Shown: piece after piece, positions 51,446 to 64,000 of the stretch
Position numbering within the stretch: position 1 is the first letter of the stretch
Layout: each line of letters opens with the position of its first letter
Source of the DNA: Vicugna vicugna
Taxonomy: Eukaryota
Length of the DNA: 64,000 nt
Assembly (NCBI GenBank): GCA_013265495.1
Contig: MU058781.1
Span: 10,459,009 to 10,523,008, forward strand
Direction of reading: 5' to 3'
Made by a program: the position numbers and the translations under genes
Notes under the pieces: model-generated
Told to the model about the DNA's origin: nothing
Seen by the model: the letters and a program-made list of their open reading frames with translations, nothing else
Databases searched by the model: none

Positions 51446-54400
51446 CAACATGTAACTTTTTATAGCTGAATTGGTCACGGCTAGGCCCAATATTATATGC
51501 AAAAGTCAAAAAAATTGAGAAAATCCTTGCTCAGTTATTGCATTGGTATAAACTGATATGCCAGATTTTTGGCAATTAGAGGGCAGGCTAGATCTTTTAT
51601 GTTATCCATCTTTATAGAAACATAGTTGTGAAAAACTAACCATCCAAGCAAGCAGATCTGTGCTAAGGGAAGGAGGGCAGGGAATAAATAAACATTCACC
51701 GATTGCCTGAGTTTCAGGCACAGCACTAGTTGTGATCATACACAGTCTTCTTTATTATTTAGACTCTGTGAGGTAGGGGATATTATTCTTCGGTTCATGG
51801 ATGATAATGCATTGTGACTTATGCTAGATGGAGTGGCTTAACGTGGACCAAACAATTACACTATAAAATTAAATTAAAAATCTTTTGACAGGTGGAGTGT
51901 GAAATATCTGAATTTCTCCCTTAAAATACAAGTTTTTTATTGACTTTGTATCACAGAAATGCACTTGGACTCTAACTCTGAAATGTAATATGACCAAACT
52001 GCCAGTTCTTTTCTGAGTGGTTAAGCTGTCCTTTTGTTCTGGGCACTATCTGGTCATTTTGTCCTGTTTATATTATTTTTGTATCCTCAACGAATGTAAA
52101 GATGGTGCTTTCATGAAAATGAGTACTGCCTTTTTTTTGACTTGGGATGGCTAAGTGTTAATGTTGCCCTTATACCTACAATTAAAACTCCTGTCCATCC
52201 GAGAACTGATGGAACCCAAAAAAGTAGAATAGCTGCCTTCAAGGAGCTTATCTTTGCCTGAATATTAAGCCAACTTTTTTCTTAGGAACAACTCTAAATA
52301 CTGTAGCATTGAAATTGATCAGTCTCATCTTAGAAGACTTTTTTTTTTTACACTTTATTCATAAGACCACCTGGAAACCAAGAAAGTTGAAAAGTAAGTT
52401 GTATTTTAATTGACACTCACCACCAGAAACTTGTTAATAGATCAGAAGATTAGCAAGTGTTGGTGTTTACTAAGAAACAATATCCTTTGTAATGGACTTT
52501 TGGGGAGAAATGAAGATTTGTGTCCTCACTGCTCTGACCTGCTCCCCCCTTTTAAAATATTGATACTTGTTCTGTAGTCACTTACAACCCCTGTTGTGGC
52601 TAATTGGAGGCACTTGGTCCCACTGCTAGCTTCTTGCTGTGATAAATATTTAATCACAGAGGGGGAAGCTGCTTTTTGAGAACATACATTGGTCTGTGGC
52701 TCTTGAAAACAGAACAAAGGGCACTGTACCTCGAAGGAGCCTTCACACCCTAGTCCAGGGTAGAGAAAGGTCCACCTAATTACCTCTGCTGAGAAATAGC
52801 AGTCTCCTTCTCACTGATTCTGACATTTAGACATTCTCCCCTCACCTCTTCCTGGTGGTGTGAAAAGGAACTGAATACAAAATGAAAGTCCACTTTGCTA
52901 GCAAATTTCCCACCCATCACAAAGTTAGGCCACGGATATGTGGTATGTCACTCTACCTGTGTCATTTTTCTCTCCAATTAAAAATAATGGATGCTCTTGG
53001 CCTGTCAGGCTGCAGACTATTCCTGTAGGGAGAAAATTAGTTGGTTTCTCCACAGAGCCACTATCCACTAATTTGAAGTTCAAGGTCTGACGGCGATCTA
53101 CCTACGTATCAGTGTCACCAAGAATCCGTGCTCCCCATGGGAAGACTCTGACAGGCGCTATTACAGCTGAACCCATTTTTCCTGGAACAATTTTCATGCA
53201 AACTGGGAGTGAGAAAAGATTATCACATCTTTCAATTACTCAACAACATTTCCTGGAAGGAACTCTTCTGAATTTGTCAGTAGCTGCTTCATCACGGAGA
53301 TGTTAATATAGTGCACTGGCCAATTTTCTGTGACAAATGTGCTTTGAGAACAACCACAACAAAAAGAAGCTCTTAAGATATCAGGTCTTAGAAGAGAATA
53401 AAGGATATACGGCCACCATTGGTCAAAGGAAGCAAATGATTCTGCCTGTTTTGTGTGTGCATATGTTCGCTTTATGCTTTGATTCTTCAGCGTGGAGGAG
53501 AATATACACGTTTTCTGTTTGTCCACCTTAGGACAATGAGGCTGCTGATTGTTAGTAGAATAAATGCTGACAATTTGAATGTTGGAAACAAATTACTGAA
53601 GAGGTACAAAAACATTTAATTAAATCTTGTCAGCCAGAAGTAAATTCTAATAGCTAAAACCATTTCATTCCTCTTCAATTACACCTACTCAGCCCTTCAG
53701 GGTCTTCTCTTTGAAAGAGTGCTTTGCTGAGAGAGACAGCTTTCCTTGAAGGGAATTCTATTCTGGGTAATAATTGCAGCCAAATATTAACTACTGCTCA
53801 AAAACCACCACTCCATCCCCATCTCTAAAGACTGCAAGATATACGTAAAAGGAATATGAAAGGAAGAAAAAATTATAATCAAAAACATTAAAGGGATAGA
53901 ACTTCAATTATTTCACAACATATTAATTAACCCCAAACTTAGCAATTTTCCAGTAATTAGAATACAGCTAAGAGGACAGCTAAGAGGGGGAAGAAGCTGT
54001 CTTTGTTTGGCTTAATATATTGAGATTTCTTGATTTCCTATTATGCAATATTTTCTCATTATAGTTCTTCAGAAATTTGTTTAGGTATCTCCAGAAAACG
54101 ATGTACAGTAATTTCAAATAGATGGCATAAGGAAAGACAAATTTGCAATTAGAAAAGTGTTGTTCTTCATTTTAGTTCATTTGTTCTTTTTTCTTTTTAT
54201 ATATTCAATATGTTTAATATGTTTATAAATTTGCAGTTAAAATATTTAGACACTTCTATCTTACTTTAGTTCATTTTAAAATTGTTTCTTAAACATTTCT
54301 TTTTATTCCTAAGGGTTTCCCAAAATTATGTTAAGGAGTACCTAGCCTAGCATTTCATTTTGTCTGACAATATATTAATTTCCATTTTTGCATAAATATG

Positions 54401-56295
54401 GATAATTTTTCAAAGAGAACATTTGTACACATGCATTACATAGCTTCTTGAACAACTTCTGGAACTTTTGGTAAATATCTCCAGATAAAAACTAACACAT
54501 TTAAAATCTTTAAGTTACGAGTTATAGAAACAATCACCTTGGAAATTAGGGGCTTGCTAACTCAACAACCACCCCCAAAACATATTAGAAAAAGCTGTCA
54601 AATCATTAGAAGATGATAGTTTAGAGAACAATAGACTTTTTGGATTCTTTCACTAGTTTCACTAGTTTTAACAGACAAGAGACATTTCCTGTATGAGAAA
54701 AAAATCAAGAAGCACTTCAAGGCAAGCTGGGGGATATTTTTCTTCTATGAATCCCATAAATGTACATCAATTAATCTAAAAATATCTAAGGAGTAGGAGC
54801 TGGAGGAACATGGGACAATAAATCTATATAGTTCTAATTTTACAGAATAAACTAAGGCCCAGCTAAGAGAAGGGATTTGTTTAGAATCTGTTTCCTTATT
54901 CCCAGCCCAGCAGTCTTTGGATTGTAACTATATATTTTTCTCTAATAAAAGGAAAATAAACTACAGAATTTGGGGATACAATAAACTTTGGTTTTTAATT
55001 GTGATTAAAAAATCAGGCTATGAAGGCCTTATATTAAAGATGAGTATAATACAGTAATATTGTAAGAAATTCTACAGTGAGTCTTTAATATAGTAATATT
55101 GTAAGAAATTTGATGTCAAATGGAATGTCTTAATATTCAGTTCATTAATGATCACAATTGAATTCATATATAGTACCTTGTTTGGGTTCCAAAATTGACC
55201 TATGGAGTACAGCCAAGGGAGAAGAATGAGTGTAATTGTTGATTTTTTTTTCTTATCTTTCAGGAAAACATTTTAGCCTCTGTTAAGCCTGGAGAGGACA
55301 AAACTATTGTTGGAGGATGGTGATTACATAAGAAAATTTCAAATATATAAAAGAGGATGATTCAGAAGATGTATAGTTGTGACATATTACTATTAAGACC
55401 AGGAAGCAAATTTGAAATAGATCAGGAGGGACTTAGGTCAGACACGGTAAAACACAGTGTAATGTATTTGAAACACAATTTCATGTTATTTTATGGAAAT
55501 GTCTTCCTAGGAGAGATGGAAAAAGCAAAAGGGAAAAAAAAGTCACTATCTGTCTAGAACACTAATGTAGATGTCTACATAAAGAGAAGTTAGTGAATTC
55601 TGAACTCTCTTCCAATCTTAGAATTTGGATTATCAATGACTTAAAATGCAAAATCCCCAGGCTAAACACATCTCTCTTAATACTTCACATATTTAAATCA
55701 AGAGCAATAAATCATAAGCAGAATCTGATACAAAGTCTTTTAACTCAAAAATAGAAACAGAGTGATCTCTATTCTTTCAGAAATTGCTTAAAACAAAAAA
55801 TGGAAAAGAATTTATGTGAGAGTGACAAGGAAAATGACTTACGGCATATAAATGCAGATTTGTACAATACACACACATACACACACAGTTAGTAGATGGA
55901 TTTGTAACAAAGAAAGAGTTGGGGATGGCTTTTAATCTTATTTTAGTCAGATGAGATATTGAAGTACATTCTTCTGTTTTGCAAAAAGAAAATCTTATTA
56001 AAATAAGGCCTTTGAAATGAGACTGTAATTTTTTTTAGCTTAAACTAAGCATAGATCATATTTTATATGATACCAATCTGTTGTCATAGTTAACATTGCA
56101 AAGGGGCATTAGAACTAGAAAAATTTCACCAAGACAGTTGTTTGATGGCATGAAGCTTTTCTGGGCTAAATTAGGATTTTGTTTCCTCTCCCTTCACTCC
56201 CACCCCAATGTCCTCTCCCTTGTTTGGGAGCCCCTGCTCCAGTGGAGTAGGACACAATTATATAACAACATTACCATATGGAATGCCCTGAAATC

Positions 56296-56803
56296 TGTAT
56301 TATTTTCCTGTTGATGATGCAAGGGTTCACAATCTTAGTGGCTTAAAACAATATGAATTTATTATTTTATAGTTCTGGAAGTCAGAAGTCTGAAATTGTT
56401 CTCATGGGGTTAAAATCAAGGTATCACTAAGGCTGCATTCCTTTCTAGAGGTTCTAGAGAAGAATCCACTTTCTGGCTATTTCCATATTCTGGAGGCTGC
56501 CCGTATTCCTTGGCTTGTGGCCTCCCTTCAATGCCAGCAATGATGGGCTGCTTTCTTCTCACATCATATTACTCTGACATTTTCTTCTGCCTCTCTCTTT
56601 CACTGTTAAGTACCCTTGTGATTGTATTAGACCTAGCTGGATAATCTAGGATTATCTCCCATCTCAAGGTCAGTGATTAGAAATCTTAACTCTACTTGAA
56701 ACCTTAAAAGCTCTCTGTAATGTAATCTAACATACTCTCAGGTTCGGGGAATAGGACATAGGCGTCTTTGGTAGGGGGGAAGTGCATTCTTCCACCTACT
56801 ACA
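56296..56803 (-). mobile_element. MLT1D-like solo LTR, near full length
   Basis: TG...CA termini; CTTAGTGGCTTAAAACAA, AGTTCTGGAAGTCAGAAGTCTGAAAT, GGAGGCTGCCCGTATTCCTTGGCTTGTGGCC, GATAATCTAGGATTATCTCCCATCTCAAG; decayed 5-bp flanks AAATC/GAGTC. Confidence 0.9.
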
Positions 56804-56815
56804 GAGTCAAAACGC

Positions 56816-56847
56816 CACACACACACACACACACACACGCACACACA
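56816..56847. repeat. (CA)n microsatellite
   Basis: Direct inspection. Confidence 0.95.
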
Positions 56848-59819
56848 GAAAATTAAATTACAGTATCTGTAGATAAACTTGGAGACTTTTCTTTGCCTCA
56901 ACTTTAGATAAAATAAGAGTTCCTATTTGCAGTACTTTCTTTGGTCAAAACTAGGGCAGCTGACTTACTTGCATTTTAGCTAGATCCTCCATCTTTAGTC
57001 ACTCTTTAAAGGACAAACCCCGAGTGAAAGAAAAGAGGAAATTTACATACATCCTGAAGATGACCCTTTTGTGAACATTGAGTTTTTCCTTTTGTTTACT
57101 GACTTTAAAATGCACTAGAAAGATAATACTGTGGACATGGAGGGTATGGAAGAAGTTCCAAACAAGTAATATGGTTGTAAAAGTGAAAGACTTCTATACA
57201 AGTAAATGTGTTGTCAAATTTTTTATACATGGAGTTCAAGGGCAAGAGTCTCACTGAATTAATTACCTAGCCATGAAAAGGAAACAAGAAGAAAGGAAAA
57301 AATGAACATCTGTGTTCAATTACAGTGCTAGGCTGTGCTACCTAGAGAGGTAGTCCTTGTGTGAGCTAGCATGGGAAGAGAGCTGTAAAGAAATAAGTAT
57401 TTTTGATGGAGATAAAAATAGCTGATCCACTTTCACATTGTGGTTTTCTTGTTGGTTTCACTGGTGATTCCCCAGGAGTCCGTCCCATGCAGGCTACCAC
57501 ATGGATTAAAAGGAAATGCTTTTTAAGTGTCTGTGAAAAAGCTTTAATACTTTCATAGTTGCATTTTAGTTGACTAACATGTCATGTCACCCAGGATGAT
57601 GTGAAATTTGGACCTTTTATGATTGGGGGACATTCATTAAATTATCTAGCAAATTCTCTGAACAGAGAGGGTTTGACCAAATATTAAGACATGGATGGTT
57701 CTATGACTAATTTATTAAGACTGGCTTTAATGGGCAAGATAGAATGTCATGCTGCGTAGTAAGTAATCTTTTTATAGTCCACATCAGAACATCTTGGATA
57801 GTACCATTCTTTAGCATTCTGGGCACCAGCCCCAGCATTCCTAAATCTCAATGCAGACCCATTGTCAGTTTCCTCTGAAAATTCTATAGCAATCAAGAAA
57901 TTTTTGAATTATCTATAGAATCAAATAGATTCATGAGCAGGGCTTTTTTTTTTCCATATCCGAAGAAAGGTATAGTTATGCCCAATGGCTTAGAAGATGT
58001 TCTCCTTTACAACCTCCAGAGGAGCTGATATTTCTAAAACTGTTTACAGATATTGCATGGTGTACATTTCTCCCATTTTGCTTAACTTGTTGAACTCTAT
58101 TCGGGGCTATATACAATGCAGATTATTTTTTAAATACATGAGCTCTTTATGAAGAACATCAAAAAACTAATGGTCATAGTGATATTGATATACAATCTTA
58201 ATAAACAGTGACCACTTCAGGGCTGAGGCAAAAGCCACACATCTGTACTCTGACCAGAACTTTTGTACAAGACTTCTATTTCAGTTTGGAAAGTTTAAAT
58301 TCTAGAACAAACAGTAAAATCTGGTGAACAGTATGCTTTCATCAATTCCACACATTCATCCCATGACATGTTCTCAGGTAAAGAAGGATGTCAGTGCTTT
58401 TTCTTCATGTGGAAAATAGTTGGGGGCACGGACTCTCAGGAACATAGCAAAACATAGCAAACTCGTTCACATAATTTCATTTCGTTTTTCTTTCATATAT
58501 AATAAAAATGTCTTGCACTTAAAACTAAGACAGATTGATAAAATAAAAATGCTTTCAAGAAGTTATTTAAGATTTAGCATCTGCATAACGCTCCGGGGTG
58601 AAGTCTGTACTCAGGAGCTTTCTGCATTTCCTGAGAGGGGGGCTTTGCATTTTGAGAATGCATCTCACCAGCCAAACAAAAACCCACCTTGTCAGAAAAG
58701 ATGTATTGAACAGTAGTGAAAATCAACAAAGGGCCAAGATAACCTCTGGATGTCCCTTCTTTCTCATTGCAAATTACTCATTACTTTCCTCCCTTGCAGC
58801 AAATTCAGGATATAGTTAAAGAAACTGTGTGGACTTTGATCTTGTCCACCTCACTCACCATTCTGTGTTGGAAAGAGCACACATCTTGGGCATATAAGAC
58901 ATTTATTACCTAGGGAAGGTCTAGTCCGTGACAGTGAGTCCATACAAACTAAAGGGTCAAGGCCTTAGACTGGGCCGAAAACGAAATGGTGAAAAGCAAG
59001 TACAACCCAAACTCTTGCTCAAGAGACCATCTGATTGTGTTAAGTACGGGGGTAAGAATCATGGTCCAAGTTTCAAGGTCACTTTAGTCAGTAAATTCCA
59101 CTTACTGAATTTGGGCTGAGTTCCTGCCACTCAGATGAGTGTGTTGATTGGAGATCCCTTGGCAAAGTAATAAGGGACAGCATTGCCATGTTCTAGTTTT
59201 GAGGTATTGGGGAGCAGAGGAGGTTAACATAAAGGGAGAGTGAGACAGAAAAAAACACTGACGCAAATGTCAGTTTTTAAGTTATTTTAAAGTGTCTACA
59301 ACGAACATGGATAATTTGGCTGTTTGCACAGCCTGAGTAGATGCTACCCAACTTAGTGCATTCAGCCAGTCCCTATCAATATATTAAGTCATAAGAAGAA
59401 AAGAATGTCTTGAGGCGTTAACTGCACAAATGCCTATAAACTTTAAGCCATACCTTGCCCTGGACAGCTTTGCCCATGAATCCTCAGGTTCTGAACAGAG
59501 TATGACTTGCTAAAAATTATTCTTTCATTGAAACAGAGGGAGGGCTGCCTTTCACACCTCCTATCTTTCCTGAAATACAAGTGCACTTTCCTGGAAGGAT
59601 ATCTCACATATGCAAACGCAGGTTGAAAAAGTAGGGAACTGGAGATGGAAAACACTATGCGTGCACATTAAAGGAAAAATACCCTTGAATTATGTGTGTA
59701 AGTTATGGTTGAACTTCCGAATTGAATTAAATATTTGAAATTTCAGTAACAAAAATGCTACAGTCACTGGACTCTATTCCTTTCTTCATCCTTCTCTGTA
59801 TCTTCTATGTCTATTTCAG

Positions 59820-60050
59820 CTCGCTAATGCTTACTTGCTCCTAGATTCTGTGCTTTTAGTAGATTAGTTTATAACTTCATATCATAAGTTATATTGGAGC
59901 TTCACGACAATTTTGTAAGATAGTTCTCTCCTCATTCACAGGAAACTGAGTCTCCAGGTAAATAAACATCTCGCCAAAGGCCACACAGATAATAAGTCCC
60001 ATGATTCAGATGCTCATCTGGAGACATGTTGAAAGTAGTCTTCCTTCCAC
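59820..60050 (-). mobile_element. MIR SINE
   Basis: CAGGAAACTGAGTCTCCAGG...CCAAAGGCCACACAGATAATAAGT. Confidence 0.7.
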
Positions 60051-62064
60051 AAGGGACAGCCTGACCTGAACCAGAGGAATAGAGAGATTAACGCTCTTCA
60101 TCAATTTCCCTATCCTTCCATTCTCTTAGGGCAAATTCACTTTTTATCCCGATTAATCCACATTAGCTTTTTGTGAAATCAAAACTCATGGGATAGTTGC
60201 CAACTAATTTCTATTTGTGTTGTGCTGGGACAATCTGGCTTAAGAGGCTTATGATATAAAATTACTACATTGTTAAAATACATTTGTGAAATAGATTTTT
60301 TTCCCTCCTCCCACTCCAAGTGGAGAAAAATGACATGCCATCAGTATCGACATGCTGTTCCTCTAGACTATTATTCCTGGACCACCTTGAAGGGAGGATA
60401 CAGTAAAGGTTCATTTGTTATATTCCTGCAACAATAGATAGATTTAAGTGCCTTTTCTCTATTATTGCATTCACAGCAGATTTCTTCTTGTGTGATACAA
60501 CATGATATACACAAGCAAGGAGCCCAGTTCCCAGTGTGGCTTATCTTTCTTCTGAAAGTGACATTAAGCAGTATTATGTTTTACTACTTGTCTCGGTTTC
60601 TTATTGTTTTGATGCACTTCATTGTAAATGGTGCACCATTGTTCATTCCCAGCTTGTTTTTAATCTTAACCTGAAGGAAAAAATGTGGTGGTCATTTGTA
60701 TGCCTTATCAGAATCACTCAGCCAATTCAAATGGATTTTTGAGACACTTGTCTCTTTCCATTTTGGGTATTATATTTGTTTTGCTGTATTGTATTTTCTG
60801 TTTGTTGCATATAGGTTTGATGCTAGGAAGAAAAATACCCTGGAAACAAATCATTTCCCAAAAGATCAATTGGGAAATCTTTATGAATATTTCATTAAAA
60901 TGATTATTGTTCTTAAAACCAAAACAACACACATTACCACATAGTATGACTTACAACTTAGTACAATCATTTTCTCATGCTGACCTCTGACTGTCAGTTC
61001 TTTTTAGAACCTCTAATGGGTAAGTATTATTAAAAGCACATTTAGTTTAAATCAGAATAGGCCATGCAGAGCTTGATAAACATTTAGATAAAGCTGATCA
61101 ATGATACTATCTTGTATATAACTTAGGTAAAAGTCCCTTGTTTTAAATGATATATTATTGAACTTCAGTTACTATCTAAACTTGCTGCTCAATTTTGATT
61201 GTGGTGAGATGGCAGGAGGAGTTGTATTAACAAAACAGTCGACTATATTTACTGCCGCAACCCTCTGACAATGGATTGGTTTATATAAATAAGTTCAGAC
61301 ATGCTGGGCTCTGGGGGGTCACCGCCCATAAGTGATCAGTCTTCAGGTGGAAAGAGCTGACAAAAAATGCCAAGCTCGCTCCCCCTTTGCTAAATCAATA
61401 TTCTTGAGCAGAAAGTTAAAACTCTACCGATCTGCCTAGGAAAAACCTCTGCAGCAAATGCTTAATGGTTGAAAATGATGAAGTATAGGTTTGGCACATT
61501 CACACACCCATGCATTTTTCATTTTCAAGGAATCGTAAAATGTAGTTTGTGATTTTTCAGCAGCTGGCATTGGGAATTTATTCCAGTGTACCTCAGACAC
61601 GGATATCCAGGAAGTAAAAGAGTTGGAAGACCAATGATCAAAATACAGTGTTATAATACTTCTTATACCCCAAACAAAATGTCTTCAAACATATTAACTA
61701 TCAGCTTCAAAGAAAGATAAAACCAAAGCTATTCACACTGGCATAAAAATGAATGTATATTTGCTTGATGGGTGCCTCTCTGGTCAGATTGCTCAGCCTC
61801 AAGTGCCAGGCACCAGAAGGGGAGGACTGATCAGATATCTGTGTTTGGGATCAGTTAGCCAGATAGTGGTGGTAAAAACTTCTACAGTTTGAGGGAGAGT
61901 GATCAGAAGTGAATTAAAGATCTAACAGGCAGGAAATCAAGACAGCAATTATCAAAGAGATGAAAGCAAAGGGAGCTTTATCCCAGAAAGTAGACAGTGA
62001 AAGCAGTGACCAGAGTCAAGTCTAGGCCACAACAAATGTTTGTTCCCAGCGTCTACCACATGAG

Positions 62065-62073
62065 ACACACACA

Positions 62074-62108
<35 letters not shown>

Positions 62109-62156
62109 ACAGACAGACAGAAAGACAGACAGACAGACAGATAGAGAGAGGGAGAG
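62065..62156. repeat. Compound (AC)n-(AGAC)n-(AG)n microsatellite
   Basis: Direct inspection. Confidence 0.95.
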
Positions 62157-62789
62157 CGCCAGTCATGTTGTAGACATAGAGTGATTTGTGTGGGATTTTG
62201 AGCCTCCCAGCCAAGTCCTGGAATGGAAGGAGAGATGCTTCTCTTGCATAAACCTGCTCTGGCCCTCATGGCCACATACACATATAGGAGAGGATGCTCT
62301 AACATACTCACTAGTGCTTGCAGGGGCGTGACTGGACCCTGTCCTGTCCCACACTCAGTGTTCCCTGCTGTCCTTTATCATCTACTCTCTAAGGCCCAAT
62401 CTCCACTGGACAAGAGAGACTAGAGCCAGAAGCATCCTATTGCCCTTGGCTTGTCCACCCTGATATCCAAGTTAGGCAGGTGAGATGAGCAGGTTAGATC
62501 GTTTCTGAGCCACCTATGGTGGCTGTCCCCAGGGTTGAAAGTGACCCCAGACAGAGCTGTTGAGGATAATTCATAATAGACTAACTTAAAAATGTTTCAT
62601 TTGAAAAAGGGGCATCCTATGAGTGTATAAGCTTCCAGAGACTTGGCTTAAGTTCATGGTCTCTATGTCCAGGCTTAGGCCAGAGGTCCAGCTACCAATG
62701 GAAAAGGTGATGGTAATGGAGTATTAGGCATTCATTGCCAGGAGCAACTTAGATATTGCCAAGCTTGGTTGTAATTTGTAACCGTTTTC

Positions 62790-63005
62790 TAGGCCTATTC
62801 AAGGATGGCAGGAAAGCATCCATTAGGAAGTGGGGTTTAATGAGTTTCAAGGGAAGAGTAGGAGTTGACTAGACTGAGGAGGTGGGATGAGGACAAGCAT
62901 GGTGAGGACTGTGGAGAAGAAGGAGGGGAACCCACGAGGCAGGCCCTTGTACAGTGGTAAGAATTTGGTCGTTTATCCTCAAAGCAATGACAAGCTGTTA
63001 AAGCC
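62790..63005 (-). mobile_element. L2 fragment
   Basis: GGCAGGCCCTTGTACAGTGGTAAGAATTTGGTCGTTTATCCTCAAAGCAATG. Confidence 0.6.
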
Positions 63006-64000
63006 ACGTCTTCATATAAATATGATCACAAGAATGAAAACTTATCCACAATAAAGATCTGCTTAATAAAGTTAAGACGGTAAAACATTTCAAGTTTTCA
63101 TTGTGACACCTACTATGTGGTGCACAAGAGATAAAAATGTGACCAAACATGGCCCCTGATTTACAGAAGCTCCCACGCATGTGCAAGACATGGAAACATA
63201 TATATAACATCATAATATTTGTGTGTATTTGTAATAATAGAAGCACATGCAAAATTCCAAATTAACAGGAAAGATGGTGTCTAAGACTGCAAGTTTCGTG
63301 ACTACTCTGAGCACTTGATCTCTTGGGAGGGCTTTGAAAAATCAACAGGGCTTTTTTTCCAGACAGAGAGGCTGATGCAGGCAAGGGAACAGCATGAGCA
63401 AAGGAACGAGTGTACAGAGCAGCATGATGTGTATGTGTGTGGGAGTTGGGAGGTGGCTGTAAGTAACTTGGTATTTCAAGAGCACGAGGACAGAGGATGA
63501 CAGCAGATGAGGCTAGAGTTGTACCTCGGCATGCCAATAGAATGAAAACTTTCCTAAAACAAGCCAACAAGCAAAAACAAAAACAAAAACAAAGCACTGT
63601 TGAAGAAACACTGTTGGAAGGAAGAGGCAGAACAAGCTAGGTGATCAGATGAAACAGGAAACGACATGGATAGTATAACTTTCTGTCCCTTTAGGCAAAA
63701 TTGCTGTACTTAGGACACACTTTTACTTCTTTGCTCTGGGAGCTTCAGAGCCTTTGTATGTCTTATTCTGCCTTCTCTATCCTCCTCTCTATGCCTTTCC
63801 CCACCCCATCTTCTCAACTTAATTAGCTTCTATTCTTCTTTCAAAACCCAGAACTCTCTGGAGCTTTGAAAGAGGTATGGGGTGAGAGAATATTCAGCAA
63901 CCCTTCTTGCGTTTCTTTATCCCCTCTGAATGCTAATTTCCCACTCCTAATTTGTCCACAGAACACCTGATAGTCTTCCATTGTATTTCCAAATACTCCT

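Noticed and set aside
61270..61295. CCAAT plus TATA promoter (ATTGG..TATATAAA)
   Set aside because: Elements only 2 bp apart, no CpG island or downstream exon evidence

Overview
AT-rich, CpG-depleted mammalian genomic DNA, not prokaryotic. It is most likely camelid (camel/alpaca/llama), judging from three tRNA-derived SINEs with a TAAATAAACCTAATTACC-type tail and artiodactyl-type L1 3' UTRs. I recognise no host protein-coding gene, RNA gene, CRISPR array or microbial system. Every ORF with a recognisable protein is a decayed LINE-1 ORF1/ORF2 fragment. The window is intergenic or intronic and layered with transposon fossils: L1 of several ages (several with clear target-site duplications), L2, MIR, MLT1 LTRs, Tigger1, MER5A, MER33, MER91 and MER94, plus microsatellites. 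Repeat family names come from my recall of consensus sequences, not from a search, and old-repeat boundaries are approximate. Best leads: (1) two opposite-strand L1 ORF2 pieces that are nearly contiguous in L1 coordinates, suggesting a local ~2 kb inversion; (2) a SINE fused to an L1 3' terminus inside one TSD; (3) a perfect 90-bp tandem duplication inside an ancient L1; (4) a chain of candidate minus-strand non-coding exons; (5) repeat-free, motif-dense blocks that look like enhancers. I cannot support a claim of a novel biological system here.
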